A DNA stretch of 64,000 nt, taken from the NCBI GenBank assembly GCA_016748015.1, contig JAAOMT010000503.1, positions 273,669 through 337,668 of the forward strand. Reading direction: 5' to 3'. The first letter of the stretch is position 1; each line of letters opens with the position of its first letter. Shown in pieces: positions 24,932 to 37,049 of this stretch. This stretch comes from Geosiphon pyriformis uo1. Lineage: Eukaryota > Fungi > Glomeromycota. Under the pieces are notes generated by a model. The model did no database searches. It was not told the origin of the DNA and saw nothing but the letters and a program-made list of their open reading frames with translations. The translations under genes were made by a program, and so were the position numbers.

Positions 24932-25994
24932 GCGTCTCCAGTGGGGATTTGGTGTTGAACCAAGTTGGTTCTTCCAAATTCGCCATTTCTTGAAAATATA
25001 TCAGAGTATTTTAAAATTAATGCTTTTAATTGTCGCTGTTGGTCGGGATCTATTGTTCCAATGTTTAATTTGGCCAATTCTTCTGGCATAAATTGATAGC
25101 ATTCTACTGGTTGTTGCCAATTTATTGAAGTGAGTTCACAGTAGAGGGCGATTTCTGGGAAATTTAGAATTTCTTGTAGTGTTGACGCGTTTTCTAGCTC
25201 CGTTCCGAGGTATCCAATGATGGTATCTTCCNNNNNNNNNNNNNNNNNNNNCGGGAGCGTTTGTTAATCCAAATGGCATTACATTGAACTCATAATTGCC
25301 ATTTTGTGTTGTAAATGCTGTTTTATGCCTGTCCTTTGGGTCCATTTTCACTTGCCAGTACCCACTGGTCAAGTCCAGTGTAGAAAACCATTTTGCTCCT
25401 CCAAAAACGTCGAAGATTTTATCAATTAACGGTATTGGGTATGAGTCTTTGGTTGTTTTGCTGTTTAGTTTGCGATAGTCGACGCAAAATCTAATTTTTC
25501 CGTTCTTTTTCCTTACTAAAACAACTGGTGAGGACCATGGGCTCATTGATGGTTGTATTATTCCTTTTTCCAACATGCTTTGGACTTCTTCTCTGATAAA
25601 ATTATGCTCTATTGGTGGGACACCNNNNNNNNNNNNNNNNNNNNGGCGATTTCTGGGAAATTTAGAATTTCTTGTAGTGTTGACGCGTTTTCTAGCTCTG
25701 TTCCGAGGTATCCAATGATGGTATCTTCCAGAATGTAGACGGGTTCTTCTGTGGTGTTTGCGATAGGAATTTTTATTCATTGAGCTTTATCAGCTGGAAT
25801 AAAAAGGTTAGTAAGTCCTATGAGAAACTGTTGGCAAGTTTCTGGGTAGGGCTCAAATATTAGGTCTTTTTCTTTAATTGTCCTTTTTATTCTTATTTCT
25901 GATTTTCCATATGGTAGGAGCATGATGGACCGCTCATTTTTAATTACTTCGCCTTTTTCCCCTATTGTTTCAGTGAAATTTGCTTCAATTCCTT

Positions 25995-26420
25995 TTCCTG
26001 TCGATCCGAAACCAAAAGTTCCTCTCGTTGTTTGTGACAATTCCTCACAATTTTCCACTGACACGAATTTCCCAATTTTTACCAATGGTAGGAAAATTGC
26101 TTGTGCAATCTTTTCCTTAGATTTAATGGTATAAGACTTTTCTGAATTGTTCTGTAGCAAAACCATCAAATTTCCAGTGTATCCGGAGTCAATTACTCCT
26201 CTTTGAACGCTTATTCCTTTTTTCGCGAGGCTTGATCGCGACGCCATTTGAACCATTATTCCTGGCGGAATTTCAACCACTATTTTTAGGTCAATTTTGG
26301 TGATGCTCCTGGGTGGTAATGTTGTGGATTGGTCTTCTGGATAACGTAGATCGAATTCGGCATCGGTTGAATGGGCTCTTTCAGGTATTATTCCTAAGTG
26401 TCCGTTGTCGAAGTATCGGA
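25995..26420 (-). pseudogene. dUTPase domain of E
   Basis: AHSTDAEFDL, MASRSSLAKKG, GVIDSGYTG, KIAQAI, RGTFGFGSTG. Confidence 0.92.
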
Positions 26421-29400
26421 TGTCGGTCACCTGTTCTAGGTCGGTATAGGCTACAAATTTTTCTGACTCGGGACCGTCAGGTGAGTCTTGTTGATTTATT
26501 GATTGATTTTGAGACTGCTGATTCTCAATTTCCATTTTTCTTTCTAAGTCCCTTTCGTCTTGACACTCTTCACAGCACTGACTTTGGCACGGGATGAGAC
26601 AGTTTTTGCAGAGGTNNNNNNNNNNNNNNNNNNNNNNNNNNNNNNNNNNNNNNNNNNNNNNNNNNNNNNNNNNNNNNNNNNNNNNNNNNNNNNNNNNNNN
26701 NNNNNNNNNNNNNNNNNNNNNNNNNNNNNNNNNNNNNNNNNNNNNNNNNNNNNNNNNNNNNNNNNNNNNNNNNNNNNNNNNNNNNNNNNTTTTTCTTTGT
26801 TACAACGGTTACAATAGTAGTGGGTGGGGTTTCTTGGGTCTTCGTCTGGTGCGCTGCATGCAGTCATAGACGAGAGTTTCTTCTTGCAAACCGAGCATTC
26901 TAGCTTTGGTCTGCGTCACTGGTGGTTTCTTCGTGAACTTACCTGGTTCTATTCAGATCTTTCTTCGCTGGTCCACGTTGGTATGGCTGGTAGTCCTGTT
27001 CTTTGGTCATCAGCCCAAGAGAGCTGATAGGTTTCGATGGCTGGTAGTGCTGGATTTTCCTCAAATTCGAAGGTAGGTCTTTGGTTGGCACTGGGTTTTT
27101 GGAAGTGGTCACAGGTGGCTGGAATTTTGGCCTGGTAGCCATTATAATTGATCAGAAGCTCTTGGGTGGTCCAGTCTAGGGTGGCGTTGGCTTTTGTTAG
27201 CCAGTCATTCCCTACTAACGCTTGATATTGTGTAGCGTCCATTACTAATACTTTTGTAGGTATTACTATGCCGTTAATTTCGAAAGAGAATGAGTTGATT
27301 TCGCCATAAGGCAGCTTTGTACTTTCATCAGCTGTTATGATTTGGGACGTCGTGGCACGATCAACTTTGAAACCCAGTTGGTTTACTAGTTGAAGCATTA
27401 CGATGCTTTTAGCAGATCCGCTGTCTAAGATAAGTTTGATTGGGGTATTGTTTACAGTGGCTTCCGTATACATAGCAGTGATTGGGCATTTTTTGTCCAA
27501 TGCTGCTCCACTGAACATAGCCTTGTTTTCCTCTAATTCAAAAGGAAAAATAGCTGCGAGGCTGCTATCTTTGGTGGCAACTGCTAGTAGTATTGTCTGG
27601 CTCAATTTGGAGGAATTCTTGATTCTGTTTATGTTTCTACTGTCATTGTTTCCAATAATCAGGTTTTCCGGTATATTAAAGTAAGTTTGTTGATAATTTT
27701 GGTAGTTTGGATTGGTTTGCTGATTGGTTCCAGCACGGTTTGGATTCCTTTGGACCAACGTGTTCTGGTTTCACATGGGCTAATTTCGGGCCTCAGGACG
27801 CCAATTCGGGTTGGCTATCATGGGCTGTTGCTGGTAAGCTCCTTGATTTTGATACGTGATGGGATATTGGCGTAGTATTGGCGTGTACTGGTTTCTGGGC
27901 ATTTGGGGTGGTGCGTAGTAATTATTTTTGCATGCTTCCTGCATCATTCGCGTTCGACATTGACTAATCAAATGTCCTACGCGTTTGCAAAAATGGCAGG
28001 CGCGTGTTTCTGTTCTGAATTCCTGGTGTGACGGGCGATTATTTCGACTGTCGCTGACTTCCTGGCTGTGTCTTTGGGGTGGTTGGTATGTATTTTTTCT
28101 CGGATCCGAGATGAGGTAACTTTCTATTTTCTTAGAGAGTTCCTCCCCTAATCGCGTTACTCTTTTCTCTAATGTTTCTGTCTTATTTTTCTCCATTACC
28201 ATGTTAACTATTTGACTATGGTTAGCTTCTTTCTCAGCCGATTCAAGGGCTCTGGTGAGCATAACGGCTTCTGGTAAGGAATTAGGGTGGGCAGAGCATA
28301 CTCTTCCTAAAATGCTGCTTTTTAATCCTCTAATAAACTGATTTAAAACCTGAGGATCAGTGTAGTATCCTTGTTCAATCACTTCAATCTGACGGCGAAT
28401 TCGATTGAATCGAGCAAGATATTGGGTGACAGTTTCACCGGTATTTTGCTTGATAGTATTGAATTCGTTCTGTAGTTGGATTATGGCATTTGGGTCGCTA
28501 AAATACTCCAGGAGTGCATTTTTAAATTCGGCGAAGCTCATGAGTTTTGTTTCCAGGCTTTGATACCACAAGTCGGCTGTGCCTTTCAGGAAGAAAGGTA
28601 ATGTTTGAATTGCTCTTTGGTCGTTCCAGTTATTTGCCTGGATGGCTTTTTGTGCTTCTCTGAGCCATGTGTGCATGTCTGTTTCTTCTTCCTCTCCTGA
28701 GAAATCTGTTAGTCTTGCAATGTATGGTGTGGTCATTTCATTGCCATTTTCTGCTGGTGAGTTTATTGGTCTAAGAGGAGGTGGGATGATATTTCCTTGA
28801 GCGTTCCTAAAGGTGGCTTCCCTTATATCCGGTTCTTCCTCTTGATCACGAGTTTCTTGGTTTCTGGACTGGCTGCTTGTTCCAGTGACTGGTCTTGTGA
28901 TTGTTTTTTCGCTGGTCTCTTTTTCAGATTCTGATTCAGACTCCTCTTTACAGTTTTCAAACCCCGTTCTAAATTTTGGCTGAAAAAGAGGGTTTTGGAA
29001 TAGTGATGAATATCCTCCTGTAATTGGTATGTCTCCCCAGTTACGTTGTTTAATTTTATCAATATAACTAGGAGTTTTTGGCGTTTGTGGAGTTGATGTT
29101 GATGATGATGCAGCTCCTAATGGAATTTGTATCTTATTTTCTGGTGAAAAATGGTATGATTTATCTTCTGGTGAATAAATACGTTGTTTCTTTATTGATT
29201 AAGTGACAGTTTTCTTTGGCGTTTGAGCTGGTGTTTCTAGTTTTTGCTGGTTACTTTCCTGATTAGTTTCTAAATTTTCTTTGGTTTTGTTGGCATGTTC
29301 CCTAGTGTTTCCTGTGGATATTGGAAAATTTTCGTTGGCATATTGCTCAATTTTTTGATGGATTTTGACAATAGTTGTGGCTATTACTGCTACTTCTTTT

Positions 29401-29589
29401 GTAGTGTATTGTGATAATTCTCTATACAATCCAAGTTTTGTGTCGTGTGGTTCTTCTTCCTTTCCTATATAATAATTTATTCTGGCGTTGATATAATAAG
29501 TGAGGGCAGATTCTGCTGGACAACACCCTTCTGGTAATCCAAGATCACTTTGATTTTGTGTGTAAATAGNNNNNNNNNNNNNNNNNNNN

Positions 29590-30423
29590 ATATTTAATTG
29601 CTGATATCCCGCTTTAATTGCAATCAGTCTTTCGTGAGCTCCTCAGTTCTATTTGTGTGATAATGTCACTGTTACACTGAAGGCTTTCTTTTTACTGTTG
29701 CGATGTAAGTTATTCTTTAATTCTTGATTGTTGTGTGTGTTTATGTACTCCTTCTCAGAGGCTGAACTGAAATCTACCCACTGTCTGGGGTCTTCTCTGA
29801 GGCTATTCTTGCAATTGCCTGATGTGTTTCTCTAATCTAGAAACACAGAATGTTAATGGTCTTTAGCGCTTTTCTAATTCTCACAATAAAGCTTTTATCA
29901 ATTAGTAACAACGTGAATAATCTTGATCAAGGATTATTCTTCCAAGGGTTTCAGTTGATGAATGATAGTTTCATTCAATAAATAATACAAGTAAGTTTCT
30001 TAATACTTTGGGTTGTAATAGTTCAGTTTTAAATATTTCTTTTTGATTTTTAAAGGTTTCTTGGGATATTTAATTTGAAAGTATGATTTAAAGTGGAGTT
30101 TGTTGGATAAAATTGGATCTATTGCTTAATAAGTTATGATTTTTATTACTTGATTGATTCTTTCCCAATATTAAAACTACTGTATATATACATGTTTGTA
30201 GTTCTACGAGAAAATACTTTCTTTTTGATATTTCAACCTGGTGCTTGCTGCTATCACCAGTTGGTGTTGGCTGCTATTATGAACTGGTGCTTGCCACTAT
30301 CACGAGATGGTGTTTGCTACTATGTTAATCATTACCTTTCTAAGATTATTACTGTGCTATATTATAATTGAATAGTTTGTATTATTTTTATGATTTTTTT
30401 TGCTAAATTTTTAAACTGTAATA
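29590..30423 (-). repeat. 5' LTR of E (its 3' end and PBS lost in the N-gap)
   Basis: Direct repeat of 22450-23282. Confidence 0.92.
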
Positions 30424-33068
30424 CCAGGTTTTTTATCAAAGGTTCTTCTAAGAATATCATAGTAGGACCAGCAGATCAGCTTGCCATTTACCATAATTTT
30501 TTTTTGTCAACTTTAATATTGTCTAGTGGCTTGCTGTTGCTAATAAAGATAGTATAGACAAGTTCAGCAGTTTCTTCTTGTTTTTCTTAATCTTCTTCTT
30601 TATTGCTCTTATTATTATCTGATTCATCTGATTGTTTTTCTTCTTGGTTCTGCTTGGATACTAAAGGAGTTGTCCAATGATAGCACTTAACCACAATGAG
30701 TTTCTCACCACATTTGATGATTAGTTTACAGAGTTTATAATCAAGCAAGGTTTTTGCTTTCTTAAACCATTCATTGTTAATTATTATGGTGTATTCTTTT
30801 GCTTCAGATACTTTCATGTTAGTTTCAATGCTGATATCATTGATTCAGACAGGAACAATTTTGGCTATGTCCAGACCTTTTTTCTTGTTACCATGTACAT
30901 TGGTCATTGGTTTTGTAAATGGTTCATCAATCTTTCTGCCAATTGCTTCTAAGAAGTGTTTGGCAATGATGCTAACAGATAATTCACTGTCCAGGATCAG
31001 ATCAATGAAATAACCAGCCACTTGAGCTTTACAAATAAGAGAAGTAACATTGCTGTTGTTAGCAAATCCAGCTTGGCATGGACATTTGTTAATCTTTGGT
31101 GTCTTTTTTTTGGAAATTAAAAATTTGCAAAGATTTTTTCTGAATTGGGGATAGGTCATTAACTGGCCAAAAGTAATGTAAACAAACATTTTTATGAAAT
31201 CTTTAACAACAGAATAGGGTTCAGATTTTTGTACAATTTCTGGGAGTTCTAACTTTGAAAAATTTTTAAAAACTTTAGTCTTTGGTGGTTCATTGTTATT
31301 AACAGTTGATTTAGATGTCTTGTTTGGGTCCAGAACAAAATCAACCTTGGCTTTTTTCTTTTTTTTGGTTGATTTAGAGGTGTTGATTGCTAGTTCATCC
31401 ATATTATGGTTATCATTAGTTAGATTAAAAGCATAAAAAGAGTTTTCTTCTAGTTGGCTTGCACTTTTATTTTTTAAAAATGTGCCTATTAGTTTAAAGG
31501 CTAATAAACAGTGGCTTCAACTAAAAGATCTTCTCCAAAGAAATTAATGTTGGCATAATTAGGTCTTTGGTTGGGGACATTATTGTTGATAATTCTGTTG
31601 TTTTGATTGTTATTGTTTCTGAAGGCTGGAGAAAACAGAAGAGGATTGTTACAATCTTTGAAGAAATATTCAATTAATCCACAATAATAACACACATATG
31701 GGCCACAATTTTGTTGTCTTTAATAAGAGAGTTGTTAGAGTTGATTAAAATGAGGTTCAAATCTGGGTCTTTGGGGTTGTTGATTTTCTTTGACTGCTTG
31801 AGCTAAGAGTTCCAGTAACCAGGCAAAATTAACTGTAAGTCTATCTATTAACTGTCTATTTGGGTCTTAAGTTTGGACAGCAAAAAAGGTAGCAGCCATT
31901 TGGGAAGCAGAAGCCATAACAGGAGCAGGAGCAAAAACTGGAAGTATAAATCCCAAGTGCATTTTTTGGTTGTCTTCAATTTGTTGAACAAGTTTAATGG
32001 CCATGTCTATTGTGAAATTGTCTTTCAGGACCAAGAGAGACCAAAGAGCATAGAACAGATCTGTTCTTAATTTTTTTGTAAAGGAATGAATCTTTTGCTT
32101 TTCTGTCCAGTTTTTTTCAGAGTTTACTCTTTTAATTAACTTTCTGATGGCTTTGGCATATTCAGTTACCACTTCATTAGGATCTTGGGTTCTTTTTTCT
32201 AGTTCCATGTGCCATTTAGATATCAAGATAAGAGTTCTAAATTTTATTTCAAATTGGATAGTAAAAGAGGTGTTGTCTTCTCTGGCATTTGCTGGTGCCC
32301 ATCTAATGATTTTTTGCTAAGTGTTGACATTGGTTTTTTGTAAGAACCAAGTAGCAGGAGAGTCTTGAAAGTAGCCACCAATAATTTAGAACTTATATTT
32401 ATTATCATATTGGTTGGCTGTGGCAGCTCTTTCAAAGTCATCCAACCATTTAATTAGATCTTGTGCATCATCTTTAAACAAAAATAATGAAGTGTTGTTT
32501 CTTCTTTCCAAAGCAGTTTATATGCCTTGGAGGACAATCAGAATGTTTTGTTGCATAAGATCATTAGCCATTGGTTTAGGAGTTACTGTTTGAGTAAAAT
32601 AATCTGATTTATTTGAAAAGAAATCAAAAACAGAAACAGTTTGATAGCATTCTTTTTCTGTTTTAAGAGGAGTTTTAGTTAATTGATGAGCAGCAATCCA
32701 AGTATGGATTTGATAATTCAGATATTTGAAATCAAAGGGCTGTTGTTCAAAGGTTGTAAAATATAAAAGCTGATTAATACTGTTGTTTCTTTCTTCAAGG
32801 TTGTCTTTAAAATAAGCTTGATCAAAGTAATAAGTTGTATAGGCTGTATAGATTTCAGCTGAATGTTCATTCAAGAACCAGTTCCAAAAGTCTTAGAATT
32901 GTCTGCTGGATTGTTTTTCAATGAAGAAGCAAATCAAGCAGAAGGGCAAAAGATTGAATTCAATAAAGTCTAGATTATTTTTGTTGTGTGCTTCAAAGTG
33001 TTTTTCTGATTGTTGTGGCAGATATGAATAATTACCCATACAATAGGAAACAGAGTAAATTTTGACAA

Positions 33069-33085
33069 CCTCACAGAAAGCACCA
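33069..33085 (-). promoter_or_regulatory. PBS of D1 (TGGTGCTTTCTGTGAGG); D0 equivalent at 49706-49722
   Basis: 6 nt after the LTR end; complementary to a tRNA-like ...CCTCACAGAAAGCACCA. Confidence 0.82.
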
Positions 33086-33091
33086 CTTTTA

Positions 33092-33799
33092 TGTTATGAG
33101 TTGAAGTAACAAGCTAATGGATAGCAAGAGAGAACAGAATTGTAGGGTAATAAAAGAAATCAAAGAGAATTCAACTTCAAAAAGCAAATTGAATAAGTAT
33201 GAATTCAATGTGTGAAATCAGTCTCATAAAATATCTCAGTCACTATGCTTTTCAAAGGATAACCAAGAATTTGAAAGTAAAAGAATAGTTCATACTGTCA
33301 ACAAATGATCACATACTGGTATAATTCTATGCCTTACATCAGCACTCTTAGAATTCAATATCAGGTATCAAATGTACTCTTTAGTCATGTTTTATTCAAT
33401 AATTTTCAAATGCTGCAATTACACATTTCAAGAAAAGAGTAAAAAATAACCAACAAGTAATTTTTTATTCTAAAATATTCAGATACTTGAAAGTAGAGAA
33501 AAAAAAATTAACAATAAGAAAATGATTGAGATGAAAGTTGTTATTTTTATTTCTTTGATTTTTGATATGCTTTTCTACAGCTAAGAGATTCATTGCTTAT
33601 ATAGCTATCAAAAGTGGTCAATGATCAAGTCAATGATTAGGTCAATAATCAGATCAATAATCAGATCATTGATCAAGTCAATGGTCAGGTCATTGATCAG
33701 ATCAATGATTGCTTTTTAAAAATAGAGTGGCTAATTTATATAACATTAGTGGCTAATACATGTAATAATTAATAAAAAGTATAAGTTTCAACCATAACA
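33092..33799 (-). repeat. 5' LTR of D1
   Basis: Repeat of 18041-18757, adjacent to the PBS. Confidence 0.92.
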
Positions 33800-35931
33800 A
33801 TACCTCTATTTTAAGAATAGTGTATTTATTTATACTTGATTTTTGCTGATTATTTGAGTCAGTATTATTACAACAGGCAACCAATCAGGTTGTTTATGAT
33901 ATTTCTTAAGTTGTGTACCATGAACAGAACAATCATTGAAAATTGTTCCAGATTGATTTTGAAAAATATAAAAACCATTGTTCAAAACTTTGTTGACTAA
34001 AAAAAGTTTTTTTCATCAGCTAGAGAATTTATTACCATAAATATTGTCTCTGTTTAAATGATATTCTATTACTAAGTTATCAACATTTAAGGAAAGTGTT
34101 TTATAAGTTTTTTTTTTCTCAAGCTTTTCTTAGAACTGTTTTATTTTTTTAAAGACAATTATTCATGTTTTTATTAAAGAGTCAAGAATAGTACCAAGTT
34201 TTTTTTGCAAAATGTCTTTATAATTTTTTATTGTGATTTTTTTAAAGAGTATTGTTTCAATATCAGTTTCTATTGATAGTGTTGCCATGTATTCATAGAG
34301 TAAATAAAAAGATTCATAACTTGTTATGTTATGATTTACAGTTTTATAATCAAACAAAGCTAAAAGCAGTACTTTGTCTCATAAGTTTGTTTCTTCACTG
34401 GTTTTGGCTAAAGTTTCACATAATGTTCTATTGAAACGTTCTACTAGGCCATTTGTTTAAGGGTGGTAAAGGGAGAAAAGTTTATGATATATTCCTATTT
34501 TCCTACAAAGTTCTTCAATCAGTGTACTGAGAAAAGCTCTTCTTTTATCAAATAAAAGTTCTTTAGAACAGCCATAATGGCAAATAATATCTTCATAAAT
34601 GAAGTTGGCTATTGAGACTGCTGTTTGGTCTGAAGTGGCTTTTGTTTCTACTTACTTTGTAAAATAGTCAGTAACTGTGATAATGTATCTATTGCCATCA
34701 AGAGTTATTGTTAAGAGTCCAATAACATCTATACCAATTTTATCAAATGGTTGGCCAACAGAGATTGGATGGATATCTTCTTTCCAGTTGGGTTTTTTTT
34801 TTTTTTGACAGGTGTTACAGATTTTGATGTATTCAGCAATGTCTTTTTCTAAGATAGGCTAATAATAACAAGCTAAAGTTTTCTGAATTGTTTTTGTTTT
34901 TCCAAAGTGTCCAGTTAATAAATTAGTGTATATATTGTAGATCACAATTTCTCTTTCTTTAAATCTAATAACTCTTTGGGAGTAGTCAAGATTTTTTCTA
35001 TTTTTTTTATATAGTTGGTTCTGGCAAATCAAATAGAAATTTGATTGTTTATGTAAATGTTCTCTTTGCTGTCTAGTGTATTCTGGTAGGTATTGTTCTT
35101 TATCCAAAAATTCTATTAAGGCAAAGTAGTTGTCCAAGTTCATTATTGTGTTTGTTTATAGAGGTATTACTAATAATTAAGTTGGTTTGGTTAAAAAGTT
35201 GTACTATTATTGGATGGTAAGTCTAGAAAGAGCATTAGTGTTTTAATAATTTGCTCTTTTGTGGTGTTAAATATCATAGTTAAATTCATCTAGGTGAAGT
35301 ATTCAGCAAGTTATTCATTTGTGTTCTAGCTTCTTTTTATTATGCAATTAAACCAAGGCTTAATGATCTGTTACTACTAGGAATTTTACACCAAGAAAAT
35401 ATTGATTCTAGTATCTAGTAGTCCAAACTACTGTCAAGCATTCTTGTTCAGTAACTAAATAGTTCTTTTCTGCTGGTGTGAGGATTCTATTGACATATAC
35501 TATAGCATGTTTTCTGCTATTTTCATTTTTTTGTAAGAGAATAGCATCAAGTCCATAGTCAGATGTATTAGTGTATAAAATAAAAGGTTAATCCAGGTCA
35601 GATTGTTTAAGAATTAATTCAGTAACAAGTTTTTCTTTCAAAGTTTCAAAAGCTTTTTGTTGATGAGTGCTTTAGTAATAATTGACATTTTTTTTGAGTA
35701 GCTAATTGAGAGAAAAGGCAATTTTAGAAAAATTTTTGATAAATTTACAATAGTAAAAAACCAAACCAAAAAAAGAATATAGTTCAAGAACATTCATTGA
35801 TTGTCTAATATTTTGAACTTTTTCAACTTTAGCTGGATCAGAGAAAATTCTATCTTTTGTAATAAGATAACCAAAAAACTGGGTAGATTGTTGTCCAAAG
35901 AAAAATTTAATTAGATTTATTTTAAGGCCAG

Positions 35932-37030
35932 TGTTATCCGAGTAGAAAAACCAATTCAAAGTTATGAAGAAATGTAATCAAAACATGACCAAAACATGAC
36001 ATAATACAGAATAGTATGCAATAATGTTGGATAACATGTTATAACGTAGGATAACGTGTTATAATGCAGAATAACACAGAATAGCACACAATAATGTTGG
36101 ATAAATGCATTATAACAAAGGATAACATGTTATAATGCAGGATAATACAGAATAACATGTAATAATGTCAGATAACGTGTTATAACATAGAATAACTAGT
36201 GATAACATAAAAAAATGAAGCAATAACAGAAATAGTAAAGCAATAGCTAGCAATAGTGAGACAATTGAAAGCAATCCTGTAAAACCAAAAGAATATATAA
36301 AAGCAAATAGTTGTAGAAATTAGAAAAACAGACAGATAGATACAAACCTCTAGACAAGAATCAAATATCCATACCCTTTCATCATTTATTATTTTCCCTA
36401 TTTTATCTTCTGAAATAAACCAATTATTAAAGAAATTAGAATCACAAATTTATGTTTTCGAACTTTGTGGAATTTACATGAATTAACCCTTGTCTCATAT
36501 CTTTGTTCTAGAACAGATGCTCTTAGCATAACTGCCTTGAACTATTAACAATTTGGACCAATTGCTCTTGATTACAGCGATTGACGATACTAATTTATCT
36601 TTTCTTTCTTTTCTTTTTCTTTTTTTTTTCTTTCTTATTTTTTTTGTGGAGCAGCAACATAGTAAAATCAACTGTCTAAGAATAGACTTTGTGATAGTCT
36701 GGTAAAAAAGAAAAGCTCCCTCTAAGTTTTGGATATTAACATTATCTTGTTAACTTACCAGAAGAGTGGAAAGACAATGCCAAACCCTAATAACTGCACT
36801 TGTTAGCTCAGAGAAGAAAGCTCATATTTACGGAAAACGTTGTAATCGATGAAAAACAAACTCTGTGCCTTATAACCAAAGAACTCAATAGGTAAAATTA
36901 CATCCAGAAATAGATCTTCAGAGACTGATAATCAAGACTAAGCCAACAGAATTACATGGAAGATGTATCATCAATAATTGAGAGCACCAAATGTTACCAT
37001 TTTTCATACCCACCAAGTTTATCTGTAACA
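35932..37030 (+). repeat. 5' LTR of F (~1.1 kb)
   Basis: TGTTATCC...GTAACA; direct repeat of 45089-46176. Confidence 0.93.
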
Positions 37031-37032
37031 TT

Positions 37033-37049
37033 TGGTGCTCCCTGTGAGG
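37033..37049 (+). promoter_or_regulatory. PBS of F (TGGTGCTCCCTGTGAGG)
   Basis: 2 nt after the LTR end; complementary to a tRNA-like 3' end. Confidence 0.85.

Larger units (their letters stand above)
22426..30423 (-). mobile_element. Ty3/gypsy element E (young, CpG-retaining, dUTPase-containing; IN core and ORF3 deleted), inserted in D1, TSD CCAG
   Basis: LTRs 22426-23282 and ~29590-30423, about 98% identical by hand count; CCAG at 22422-22425 and 30424-30427; Gag 27780-28736 with CHFCKRVGHLISQC, PR LILDSGS, dUTPase, RT and RNase H fragments. Confidence 0.94.
18041..33799 (-). mobile_element. Full-length degenerate Ty3/gypsy element D1, inserted in D0, TSD ATAC
   Basis: LTRs 18041-18757 and 33092-33799; ATAC at 18037-18040 and 33800-33803; Gag CCHC ~31655-31695, PR (LILDS) ~30985, RT 21485-21943, IN 19449-20745, ORF3 18758-19383. 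Confidence 0.94.

Noticed and set aside
25136-25780. Apparent ~85-bp duplication flanking an out-of-order RT fragment in E
   Set aside because: Bounded by two ~20-N spacers; most likely a scaffolding or gap-fill error, not a real rearrangement
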